In this document: positions 1-9,604 of the stretch, in pieces | Layout: each line of letters starts with the position of its first letter | Position numbering within the stretch: position 1 is the first letter of the stretch | NCBI GenBank assembly: GCA_965231145.1 | Contig: OZ246420.1 | Span: 480,001-512,000, forward strand | DNA length: 32,000 bases | Direction: 5' to 3' | DNA from: Candidatus Saccharimonadota bacterium | Lineage (GTDB): Bacteria > Patescibacteriota > Gracilibacteria > Absconditabacterales > Absconditicoccaceae | Position numbers and translations under genes: made by a program | The notes under the pieces: generated by a model | What the model was told of the DNA's origin: nothing | Databases searched by the model: none | The model's input: only the letters and a program-made list of their open reading frames with translations

Positions 1-17
1 ATCATAACATAATTAAA

Positions 18-67
18 GATACAGATACAGATGACAGATACGGTCTCAGTATCTTGTATCAGTATCT
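18..67. repeat. Modular GATAC/GTATC hairpin downstream of miaA (putative terminator or intergenic repeat)
   Basis: GATAC at 18-22, 24-28 and 37-41 faces GTATC at 49-53, 56-60 and 62-66. The innermost AGATAC/GTATCT stem has a 7-nt loop. The same design recurs at 13479-13535. Confidence 0.45.
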
Positions 68-181
68 ATTGGAATAATGCTTTATTCTATATAGAAAGCT
101 GGCTTATTTTCAACCAGAACCCATGTTAAATAAGAGATAAAAGATAATAAATAAAAAATATTTCTTATCTCTCATTTTTAT

Positions 182-1135
182 TTATAAGAAATAATGTTTA
201 TACGTTACATTCTCTTTCGGCTTCGTATTCGCTTCAAGGATGTATCTACGAAACCGAGTTCTTTGTTTCTTTGCAAAGTAATGTGTGTTTTTCTTGAGTT
301 CCTCTTCGAGCGTCTCTCTGCCATATTTCCCTTGCCGATAGAGTACGGTTTCCTTATAGCCGATGCCATTCATCGCTTGATGCTCCAACGTATATCCTTG
401 CTTCATCAGTCATTGGACCTCTTCTAGTAGTCCTGTCTGGAGCATCTCTTTAATACGGCAATTGATACGCTTATTGCTGTCGTCTTTTTCACGCCAGAGA
501 CCGATCATGAGTAATGGCTGCTTGACTGGCATCTCATTGGCAAGTGAGGTCTTAGTCTTACCAGTTTTTTCATATATTTCCAAAGCACGGATGATATATC
601 TCGTACTATTTGGATGGTGTTTATTTGCTTCTTCGGGATCTATTTCTTGTAATCTTTTTCGAAGGATCCCTGGTTCTTTTTCCTCTTCAGCAGACCATTT
701 GTCGCGAAGTGGCATATCTGCTTCGATATCAGGCATCTCAAAGTTTTTGTAGATCATATCAATATAAAGCCCCGTTCCTCATACGATAAGTGGGATATTG
801 CCTCTTGCTATGATCTCTGGTATGAGTCTGTCGGTTGCTGTTCTTCGCTGTCCAGCAGTATACGTCTCATCAGGATTGACAATATCTATCTGATGGTGAG
901 GAACTTTCTGACGAATCTCTTCAATTACTTTATCTGTCCCAATGTCCATAAAACGAAAAATCTGACGTGAGTCAGCTGAAATGATTTCTACCGGAAAATG
1001 TTCCGCTAATAAAAGAGAAAGCTTGCTTTTCCCTGTCGCAGTCGCTCACCGTATCACTACAGCGCCTGTTGGATTGCTTTCGTGAAAAGTCTGAATTGTT
1101 TTTTTTGCATCCTCTAGGATGTCAGATACTTCCAT
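182..1135 (-). CDS. miaA: tRNA dimethylallyltransferase MiaA (317 aa, 3 in-frame UGA)
   Basis: Track ORFs 182-406 and 410-757 join in one frame with 758-1135. P-loop is G*ATATGKS, with TGA at 1046-1048. Also present: ISADSRQIFRFMDIGTDK, and IVG*GTGLY with TGA at 779-781. ATG is at 1133-1135. Length is 954 nt = 318 codons. Confidence 0.9.
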
Positions 1136-1137
1136 TA

Positions 1138-1512
1138 TTAGTCGGGGTCTTTTTGTGCTAATAGTAATTTTGCAATTTGAGCTTGGTCGGGAAATAATTT
1201 TTCGATAAGGTATATCATATAAGCTGCTGCTTTATCAGGAGGATAATAGTAATTTAACCTAGCTCTTATCTTCATAGCATTACGCCTTATACGTTCTCTC
1301 TGCTCCCTAGTTCGAGGAAGTGTGAGAAATTGTTCTTGGAATTGATCATACCAGCCCTGCTCTATCATAACAAAACACATATGCAATCTGTTTTTACCAA
1401 TGTGTTCATCAGCAAGCAGTAATTCAATGGTTTGGTCCGGTTGCTGTTGAATGCGCCCAAGAAGTGTATCTGATATATCTATAAGACCTGTATTCACCTG
1501 TGCCTCAACCAT
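1138..1512 (-). CDS. Hypothetical protein (124 aa, no UGA)
   Basis: Uninterrupted ORF packed tightly between sod and miaA; its stop lies 2 nt before the miaA ATG. No family recognised. Confidence 0.55.
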   Translation of the reverse strand: MVEAQVNTGLIDISDTLLGRIQQQPDQTIELLLADEHIGKNRLHMCFVMIEQGWYDQFQEQFLTLPRTREQRERIRRNAMKIRARLNYYYPPDKAAAYMIYLIEKLFPDQAQIAKLLLAQKDPD

Positions 1513-1531
1513 CTCGTTTCGCTTTTACTGG

Positions 1532-2134
1532 CTAAAACTTACTAGAGAAATTTTCTTCCACCTGTTTCCAGTTGATCACATTCCAGAAGTTTTCTATGTA
1601 TTCTGCTCTCTTGTTTTGGCATTTCAAATAGTATGCGTGTTCCCAAAGATCGATCCCCATTACTGCTTTCTCTCCGAGCATCAAAGGATTGTTCTGATTT
1701 GCTGTCGTCATGATTTCGAGATCATCATGTTTCTTGATCACCCATGCCCACCCAGAACCAAATACACTCATGGCAGCATCCGTAAAAGTCTTTTTGAATG
1801 CATCCATACCGCCAAATGAACCTGCAATTACCTTCTTAAAAGCATCGCTTGGCTCACTCTTTTCTGGTGACATAATCTTCCAAAAAAAAGCATGATTCCA
1901 GTGACCTCCGCCATGGTTCCTTACTGCATTACGCATATCTTCTGGCAGGATATCTATTGACTGTAACAGCTCTTCGAGCGATTTTTCTTCAAACTCAGTT
2001 CCTGCAACCGCAGCATTGAGTTTATCGATATAGATCTGATGATGCTTCGTATGATGGATTTCCATTGTCTTTGCATCTATATGTGGTTCCAATGCATCAT
2101 ACGCATAAGGCAATTCTGGAAGTGTGAAAACCAT
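1532..2134 (-). CDS. sodA: Fe/Mn superoxide dismutase (200 aa, no UGA)
   Basis: LPELPYAYDALEPHIDAKTMEIHHTKHH, GGGHWNH, GSGWAW and DLWEHAYYL are hallmark Fe/Mn-SOD motifs. Confidence 0.95.
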   Translation of the reverse strand: MVFTLPELPYAYDALEPHIDAKTMEIHHTKHHQIYIDKLNAAVAGTEFEEKSLEELLQSIDILPEDMRNAVRNHGGGHWNHAFFWKIMSPEKSEPSDAFKKVIAGSFGGMDAFKKTFTDAAMSVFGSGWAWVIKKHDDLEIMTTANQNNPLMLGEKAVMGIDLWEHAYYLKCQNKRAEYIENFWNVINWKQVEENFSSKF

Positions 2135-2361
2135 AAGTAATTATATTATTATGTAAAATCTTTTATCTTGTCTGTAATTATATTTCTCTTAAACTGATCA
2201 TAGTGTCAGTTAATTTTATATATTCCACTTCTAGTTTTATCAATTTCATTGTAGAAAAAATATTCTATATCTATTCTATCTTCTATTATTATTTCTTTGG
2301 GTAATGAGTTTTCATATAATTCTTCAGCGTGCATTCCTGAAAAATGATAAAGAATAAAAAC

Positions 2362-3273
2362 TTATTTTTGCTTTTTCTTGGGTGCTGTTGGTTTTCATTT
2401 TTTACTAATAGCTACCGCCTTTGGAGGAATAATTGGTGATAAAAAATCAATTTTTGCTTCTTCTCCTGATAATCAAGCTGAGATAAATGGAATGCATGCT
2501 AGAGTGGCATCTAATATCTCTTTGGGCATAGTTTGAGCTGGTAATCATAATGATTCAAACTCTTCCATATCTATTACAAAACCATGAGAAGGATATTTTT
2601 TTACTAATGTCCTTATTGTTAATTCGGCGCGTTCTTTTTCTCGTTTCATATACCTATGTAATATAATGATTCAATATCTCTCTCATATTTCTAGCGCTCT
2701 TGCATATGCTCCTATTCTCATAGGATCTAATTGCTTATATAGTATTCCACTTGTTTGACCTGTAAATTGAGCAGCAAGATTAAAAGCATCTCATATCTTT
2801 AGTCATCAGCTCTGTATTATTAACTTAACCGTTATGTCTAATGTTTCAAGGGTATGTACTTGTATTTGTTCTAGAGCTTTAAATCCTTCTAGAGCTGACT
2901 TATAAATAGGATGATTTCCTTCTTGCATTTCTTGAATTTGCGTATCAAGAGGTCAAAGCTCCGCAATTTCAGTCATATAAATGTTGTCTCATCCAAGACA
3001 CATCAAAGTACCTGCGCTTTTGGCATAATAAGGGATTATAAAATTTACTTCTTTAAAGTGAGATCTCAATAGCTTAATCATCTTATACGCTATATCTGGA
3101 GATCATCCGGGTGTGCTTAGCATGACATCAATTCTTTCTCCGCTAATTTGCTTAATCTTTTTTTGTATCAAAAGTAAGCCTTTTCTATCTATGTTAGGGA
3201 GTAATAAAGATAGCAATGGGTTTTGTCTTTTATTGCAAATCTCTTGCAACAGCTCAGTTGGTGTTGGCATCAT
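2362..3273 (-). CDS. ClpP-fold serine protease, SDH/SppA-like family (303 aa, 11 in-frame UGA)
   Basis: The standard-code track shows nothing here. Scanning all 304 codons of this frame found no TAA or TAG and 11 TGA. Motifs are MLSTPGG*S (TGA 3103-3105) and YAKSAGTLMCLGG*D (TGA 2989-2991), as in the serine dehydrogenase proteinase / NfeD-SppA clan. Confidence 0.75.
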
Positions 3274-3299
3274 TCTTTGTAATAAAATATAAATTTATA

Positions 3300-4070
3300 T
3301 TACTGTAAGCCTGCAAGTATTTCAGGTCCATTTTCTGTAATGAGTAATGTGTACTCCCACTGACAGCCGGGATCACCGTGTTGTGTGTAGAGATTTCGGC
3401 TGTTGACCGAAGGTCTTTCGATGTAATCTGTTGATGTGATAGCAGTAATCGGTTCTACAGCGATCACGAGACCTTTTTGGAGAATAGTCTTTTTCGATTC
3501 TGGATGAGGATAATTATAGATGGTCGGTCCTTCGTGCACGTCTTTTCCTGTCCCATGACCGGTAAGTGGCTTGATGACTGTATACCCCTTTTGTGTGACA
3601 TAATGAGAAATAGCATAAGCCCAGTCGTAGACGGTTCTTCCGGCTGAGAGAAAGTGCATGCAATCATCGAGTCCTGATTTTGTCGCTTCGATAAGTCCTG
3701 CAGCTTCGGGATTGGCATGATCGCCTCCAACGATAACGGTAATAGCGGCATCAGTCATACATCACTTATAGGTTACGCCGAGATCTATCTTGAGAACATC
3801 ACCATTTTTGAGTACATAGCGGTCTGGGATGCCATGGACAACACAGTCGTTAACAGAGAGACAAAGGTTTGCTGGGTATCCATTGTAGCCTTTAAATGAG
3901 CCCTTGAGGTTATGCTTCTTCAGAAAGTCTGCTGCGATTTTCTCGAGGTCAAGAAGAGAAACGCCAGCTTTCGCAGCATCGCGCAAAATAAGGAGAAGTT
4001 CATTGTGAAACTTCCCGGCAATTCTGATATTATTGATCTGTTCTGGTGTCTTAATCGTTGCTTTTTTCAT
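3300..4070 (-). CDS. map: Methionine aminopeptidase type I (256 aa, 1 UGA)
   Basis: Track ORFs 3300-3758 and 3762-4127 are in the same frame, joined by TGA at 3759-3761 (DLGVTYK-G-CMTDA). GHG(T)G and VIAVEP motifs are present. The likely start is MKKATIKTPEQI at 4070. Confidence 0.9.
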
Positions 4071-4199
4071 GAACGTCGATAGGTGATGAAATACCTTATG
4101 TATACTCATAAAACCCGTAAAAAGCAACCCCTTCTCTTGAGGCGTAAATAGCTTAGAATAGGCATTTTTATATGGTTTTTACGAAAAGCCTTCTAAAAG

Positions 4200-4228
4200 T
4201 TGACAAATATTGAATATGTATATATAAT
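4200..4228 (+). promoter_or_regulatory. Consensus sigma70-type promoter
   Basis: TTGACA (4200-4205), a 17-nt spacer, then TATAAT (4223-4228). It lies 35 nt upstream of the ATG at 4263. Confidence 0.6.
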
Positions 4229-4262
4229 ATACATGTAATTATTTATCAGTAAAGTAGTGAAT

Positions 4263-4406
4263 ATGAGTAAAGTGATATCATATCTTGGAGTAAATACTCC
4301 ACATAAAGATCGTCTTTTCTTGGTATGCTTGTTTGCCGTTCTTGCATTTGTTATTATTATGGATGTGCTCATTATTGTTGAGCTAAATCTTGCGCTTCTT
4401 TCATAA
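4263..4406 (+). CDS. Small hydrophobic membrane peptide (47 aa)
   Basis: ATG..TAA ORF encoding MSKVISYLGVNTPHKDRLFLVCLFAVLAFVIIMDVLIIVELNLALLS. It is below the track's 60-aa cutoff and sits between a perfect promoter and a strong hairpin. Confidence 0.45.
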   Translation: MSKVISYLGVNTPHKDRLFLVCLFAVLAFVIIMDVLIIVELNLALLS

Positions 4407-4426
4407 AAAATTTCTTTTCATAATAT

Positions 4427-4455
4427 AAAAATAGCCCTCTGATAGGCTATTTTTT
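4427..4455. terminator. Bidirectional intrinsic terminator
   Basis: AAAAATAGCC (4427-4436) pairs with GGCTATTTTT (4445-4454) around an 8-nt loop, with A/T runs on both sides. It lies between the convergent 47-aa ORF and the uvrB fragment. Confidence 0.6.
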
Positions 4456-4458
4456 ATT

Positions 4459-5280
4459 TTAATCATCATCAATCTCCGTCTCTACAGATGTTCTTGTTCT
4501 CTCCTCTTCCGTCAGTTCTTTTATCTGATCGCGTAGAGATGCAGCTTTTTCGAACTCCCAGGCTGCGATAGCTTCATCGAGTTGGCGCTTGAGTTCCTCT
4601 GCCATAATCTCTTTCTCTTTCTTAGTCAGTCTTTTCAATCTTTTTGTCTTTCCGCGAGTAAGTGAGTTGAAGTCCTGTTTCAGTTCTTCGTCTGTTTTTA
4701 CTACTTCAAGATCTTTGATATTGGAAATAGCTTTTTGAGGAGAAATACCATGTTTCTCATTGTGCGCCATCTGTGTATGTCTTCTACGATATGTCTCCCA
4801 AAGCGCTTTAATGATAGACTCAGTCCATCTATCAGCATAGAGGACTACTTCACTGTCCGGATTACGTGCAGCACGTCCAATAATCTGCACAAGAGAGGTT
4901 GATGAACGAAGGAATCCTTCTTTGTCTGCATCTAAAATGGCAAGCAATGTAACCTCCGGTAAGTCTATACCCTCTCTGAGGAGATTAATACCGACAAGGA
5001 TGTCGATAGCGCCTGTACGAAGCTTTTTAATAATCTCCCAGCGGTCTGTTGTTCAAATTTCGCTGTGGAGGTAAAATGCTTTATACCCACGGGAGATAAG
5101 AAACGATGAAATTTCTTCTGATGATTTCTTCGTCAGCGTCAGCAAAAGTACCTTACCCTTTTTAGCAATATGTTCATCAATTTTTGCAAAAAGATCATCC
5201 AGAAATGCAGGCAGCTTTACTCCGCTCTGCACTTCTGAAACCTGTAAAAACTCTTTAAGATTTGGATACTCCTCGAACAT
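4459..5280 (-). CDS. uvrB: UvrB C-terminal half only (273 aa; helicase C-domain plus UVR motif), N-terminal ~400 aa absent
   Basis: [64 protein letters not shown], and C-terminal [16 protein letters not shown]. One UGA at 5050-5052. Upstream in frame there is a TAA at 5305-5307, and valS ends at 5360. Confidence 0.85.
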
Positions 5281-5291
5281 GTTATCTAAAC

Positions 5292-5352
5292 TAGCAATTA
5301 GATGTTAGCAATTAGATGTTAGCAAATACTATAATCTAAAATCTAATTGCTA
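5292..5352. repeat. GCAATTAGAT-word hairpin repeat
   Basis: Tandem TAGCAATTAGATGT x2 (5292-5319) faces ATCTAATTGCTA (5341-5352) to give a 12-bp stem. It shares a 21-nt word with 16529-16549. Confidence 0.6.
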
Positions 5353-5359
5353 TTACGTA

Positions 5360-8300
5360 TTACTCCATTTTTAGTTTGGCAATTTCAAGCTTCATCATAG
5401 TGATCTTCTGTTTCACTTCGTCCAGTTTTTTTTGTTTCTCTTCTACGACGTTTGCAGGAGCGCTGCTTGAGAAACTTGGATTGGTAAGCATATTTCTTAG
5501 TCCCTGCATATAATGTTCTTCATCGATGAGCTGTTTTTCAAGATTTGCAAGTTGCGTTTTTTTGTCGATAACAACAAGTGCTTTGAGTCCAATTTTCATG
5601 TCGATAACCATCGCAGACTGATACTCTGCAGGCATCTCATCATCCTCTCTGAGGTATTCGATGTGCTCAGTTTTTACCAGATCTTTGACAAGGTTTTCGT
5701 ATGATTTTACGAAGTTGTTGAAACTGACATTTGCCTGGAGGATGATATCAGCATTTTCGTGTGGCTTCACTTTCTGTTGTGAGCGAAGGTTACGCCACTC
5801 AGTAATCATATCCATAAGGATAGAGATCTTAAAGTCTTTTGGTGTTCCTTCAAGTTCTGTTGGCCACGATGCAACACAAAGCAGTCCTTCAAAGTGCATA
5901 TGTTGCCAGAGTCTTTCAGTCACGAAAGGCATGTAAGGATGGAGTAATTTAAGGATAGTTCCGATCGCATACAAAAGCACCTTATCGGTATAGTCTGATT
6001 TTTCACGCTTTGATATTTCGATGAACCGGTCGCAGAAATCTCACCATACCATATTTATCACGCTTTCCCCAAACTGACCAAGATGATAGTCTGCGAACAT
6101 TCTTCCTGACTCCTCTATGATCATATTGATCTTGCCAACCATCCACTTATCGAAGTGATTGAGCTTATCCATATGTTTCGTGATGTCCTCTTTGATGGCA
6201 TCGAGATCGAGATGAATTTCTTCACTACCCTCTTCAAAGATTTTTGTCGAAACAAATCTTACTGCATTCCATAATTTATTTGCAAATCTATAGTAGTAGT
6301 CCACTTTCTGTTCACTGTAATTCAAAGGATTTCCTGGGGTTGAGCCAACGATAAGTCCAACACGTAATGCATCAGCACCGTATTTTTCTATTACTTCCAG
6401 TGGATCCATAGCATTTCCTAATGATTTCGACATCTTGCGGCCTTTTTCATCAAGCACGATACCATGGAAATAGACAGTCTTGAAAGGCATGCTATTCATA
6501 TTTACGGCTCCCATCATCATCATCCTTGCTACCCAAGGAAAGAGGATGTCGTTTGCAGTCTCAAGAAGATCATTTGGATAGTATTCTTCAAGATCAACTG
6601 TTTTATCAGGCCAGCCAAGTGTTGAAAATGGCCATAGCCCTGAAGAAAACCATGTATCAAGTACGTCTTCTTCTTGGTGAAGAACAGTGTCTTTGAGGCC
6701 AGCAAGTGATACAAAATCGAACGTATACTGATCTTTGTCTTGTATGATCAAGAGAGAATTGTCGAGCAGATCAATGAGACTTTCCATCTCCTTGATATTG
6801 CTCTTGTCGCTGAAGATCTGTTTGAGTTCTTCTATCTCCTCTTTGAGATCAATATCTTTGAGTTCGTAGACAGACAAATATGTATCAAGTACCCTACCTC
6901 TGTGTTCTACGATACTCTGTGATGAAAGCACATCGATAAGTTCTTCGATACTAAACTTCTCTGGCAGACGAGAATCAGCTACGAGATTGAATATGATAAG
7001 TGATAATAATAATCTTTGCTCTTTGCTCTTTGATTTTTTAGTTGTTGCGTAAGCAACGATAGAGTCTTCATCAAAAACATAGTTATTTCCAGCTGGATCC
7101 TTCCATACTGGTATGCGATGTCCCCACCAGAGCTGACGAGAGATACACCAAGGCTGTACATTATCGAGCCAGTTGTGGAAGTCATGAATAAATCTTTCTG
7201 GATAGATCGTTACTGCTTTAGTGTCAATTGCTTCAAGCGTTTGAGCGGCCGCGTCTTTTACGTCAACGAACCACTGTCTTGAAAGTAATGGCTGGATACG
7301 AGTTTTTGATCTTTCGCAGTATGGAACATTGTGTACGTGCTTTTCTACTTTTTCCAAGTTGCCGATCTCTTCAAGTTCGGTTATGATATTGTCATACACG
7401 TCAGCAATCTTTCTTTTCCCATACACCGGACCCGCAAGCTCAGTGAGAAATCATTTTTTGTCGATAGCAAATCTATCCATAGGAAGACTATTTCTCATAC
7501 CAATTTCATAGTCTACCGGATCATGTGTTGGAGTTATTTTTAACGCTCCTGTTCCAAAAGTCATATCTACTGCAGCATCTGCAATCACGGGAATTGGTTT
7601 GTTGATGATAGGGATAAGAACATTTTTCCCAACAATCTTTTTATATCTTTTATCGTGTGGACTTACTGCAACTGCAACATCAGCAAAAATTGTCTCAGGA
7701 CGAGTCGTAGCGATGGTGATACTATCACCTTTCCCCTGGATAAAGTACTTGATATAGTAGAGATTTCCTTCTTCCTCTTTGTGGACTACTTCGCTGTCCG
7801 ATACCACGCTCTGTGTACCTACCGATCGATTTACTATACGAGCTCCCTCGTATATTTTTCACTGTGTGTACAAATTAGAAAAGGATTTTCTTACTGCACG
7901 TGAAAGTCTTTCCGACAGCGTAAACTCTTCGCGTGACCAGTCAAGCGATGCTCCCATTTTCTTTGTTTGCGAGATGATGGTATTTCTTGATTTTTTAGAC
8001 CAATCCCATACTTCATCTATAAATTTAGCACGACCAAGCTGCTCTCTGTCTTTTCCTTCTTTACGAAGTTTATCTTCTACCTTTACCTGTGTTGCAATAC
8101 CCGCGTGATCTGTAGCTGGAAGCCAAAGAGTCTTCTTGCCATTCATACGCTGATAACGAGTGACTATATCTTCCACCGTAAGCATAAGTCCATGTCCTAC
8201 ATGGAGTACTCATGTTACATTTGGCGGAGGGAGTGTTATCATAAATCTTTCTGAAGCATCAACCTTCTTTTTGCCTTTGGTTGATTTCTTGTTGCTTTGA

Positions 8301-8389
8301 TAGTCCGGATTAAATACTCATTCTTTTTCCCACTTCTGGTATACTTCATGCTCACTGGTGTGGTCATACTTCTTTGGAAACTCTTTCAT
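5360..8389 (-). CDS. valS: Valine--tRNA ligase (1009 aa, 5 in-frame UGA)
   Basis: Track fragments 5360-5980, 6041-7426, 7451-7807 and 7859-8185 are all in one frame with 8186-8389. PPPNVT-G-VLHVGH has TGA at 8210-8212. KMSKSLGN, a C-terminal coiled coil, and MVW-G-DFCD (TGA 6038-6040) are present. Length is 3030 nt = 1010 codons. Confidence 0.95.
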
Positions 8390-8581
8390 ACCGTGTTGTC
8401 ACGTTAATGAAATAAAACGCTTATTCATATATGTTTTGCCTGTTTTTGCAACACGTAATTCTATATTATTCAATCAAAAATAGAACATGGAAAATAATTT
8501 TCTATTTTTTATCTTTCATTGGAGTATGGAAATTTGGGATAATGAGTTGCTTTTAATGATGAAAGCAGTATCAAAAACCAT

Positions 8582-9046
8582 ATGTTGCGTCGTTTTTGAA
8601 AATATCTTATTGGTATAAAACTTTTTTTTCTCTGTCTGAGTATCTATTTTCTGGTATCATGATTTCATGCAAAGCAAAGTATAGACTACGATGAAAATGC
8701 AAAAGTATTTACTGTTGATCTGCAAGATTCTTCTCTTGAGCAGCGCATTACAGAAATTGACGAGTATCTCACTATCACGACAGGACAGGCTATCTGATTG
8801 GCAATCATTGAATCATGAGTCGCTACTACTCTCTTGCCGGCGACAACTGATTATGCTATTTATCGTACATACTTACATTCTATTAACTGAGAGAGCAAAG
8901 TGCAAGGAGCAGAATTATATAAGGAGAAATCATTAGGATGAAACAAGCAATGAGTTACTCAAAATGTAGACTATAGACCATGAAATAAATCTTTGCTCTC
9001 TACTCTTTGATTTTTGCTCTTTTGTTTTTTAGCTTTGTTCTTGTAA
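8582..9046 (+). CDS. Secreted or anchored hypothetical protein (154 aa, 9 in-frame UGA)
   Basis: Frame scanned codon by codon: no TAA or TAG. The N-terminus is hydrophobic (KLFFLCLSIYFLVSGFHA) and so is the C-terminal tail (LLSTLGFLLFCFLALFL). The track ORF 8691-8936 is in a different frame. Confidence 0.55.
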
Positions 9047-9054
9047 TTGCTTCT

Positions 9055-9513
9055 ATGACAGGTGTTGTACAGGATATTTACTTTCCACGTTGGTCATCTC
9101 TGACAGAGATCGAAGGTGTCTATAATATTTCTTCTATCCTTTTGTTTACAGGAGTGATTATTTTTGGTATTATATTTCTGATAGCATGTGTCGCGTTGGT
9201 AAAAGTAGTAAAAAGAATTCGTACTGTGCATCATGAGCAAAAGGTTCTCCATGCTGAGATGGAGAGTTTTTATAAAAAACAACTCAAAGATATGGTATGA
9301 AAACCTTTTTTTCATTCGCTCTATCAGTACGTTAAACTACTCGTGGAGTTAAGAAAATGAAAAGATATGCGTACGATACGGCACTATGTATGATATGATG
9401 ATGCTACGATACAATACATTGAAAATGTGGTTTTGGGAGTAAATGAAGTGGATTCTCATGAGGAAAAACGTATTAAAGATATATTGTCTTATCACCTTGC
9501 TCATTACAAATAA
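9055..9513 (+). CDS. Membrane protein, hypothetical (152 aa from ATG 9055; alternative TTG start at 9007)
   Basis: Track ORF 9007-9300 continues through TGA at 9298, 9358 and 9391 to TAA at 9511-9513. TM segment is ILLFTGVIIFGIIFLIACVALV. Confidence 0.5.
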
Positions 9514-9531
9514 AATTACTGATGTGGTTTT

Positions 9532-9565
9532 TAGTCATTAGCTTCTAGACTAAGACTAATGACTA
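9532..9565. repeat. TAGTCATTAG hairpin
   Basis: TAGTCATTAGCTT (9532-9544) pairs with AAG-A-CTAATGACTA (9552-9565), about 13 bp with one bulge. It lies between two + strand genes and is not followed by a T-run. Confidence 0.5.
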
Positions 9566-9604
9566 GTGTAAATGTTTATTTAATATTTATGATAATAAGA
9601 TTAT

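Noticed and set aside
2149-2333. Possible small minus-strand ORF between the sod and protease genes
   Set aside because: Careful re-reading shows an in-frame TAG after 20 codons (2271-2273). The region is AT-rich intergenic DNA, the sod promoter region.
5360-8389. valS (and likewise miaA, map, glyA, hemW, adk, glyQS and sanA) appears as strings of short ORFs, suggesting pseudogenes or frameshifts
   Set aside because: All fragments of each gene are in one frame. They are separated only by TGA, never TAA or TAG, and there are no frameshifts. The TGAs sit on conserved Gly. This is recoding, not decay.
8390-8581. T-box leader upstream of valS (and upstream of glyQS at 27278-27380)
   Set aside because: No AANNNGGGUGGNACCGCG T-box sequence or specifier-loop architecture was found, and the glyQS leader is only about 100 nt.
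8691-8936. Track ORFs 8691-8936 (+) and 16234-16485 (+)
   Set aside because: Under code 25 a different frame gives longer ORFs with coherent signal and TM features (8582-9046 and 16283-16510). The track ORFs are out-of-frame shadows.
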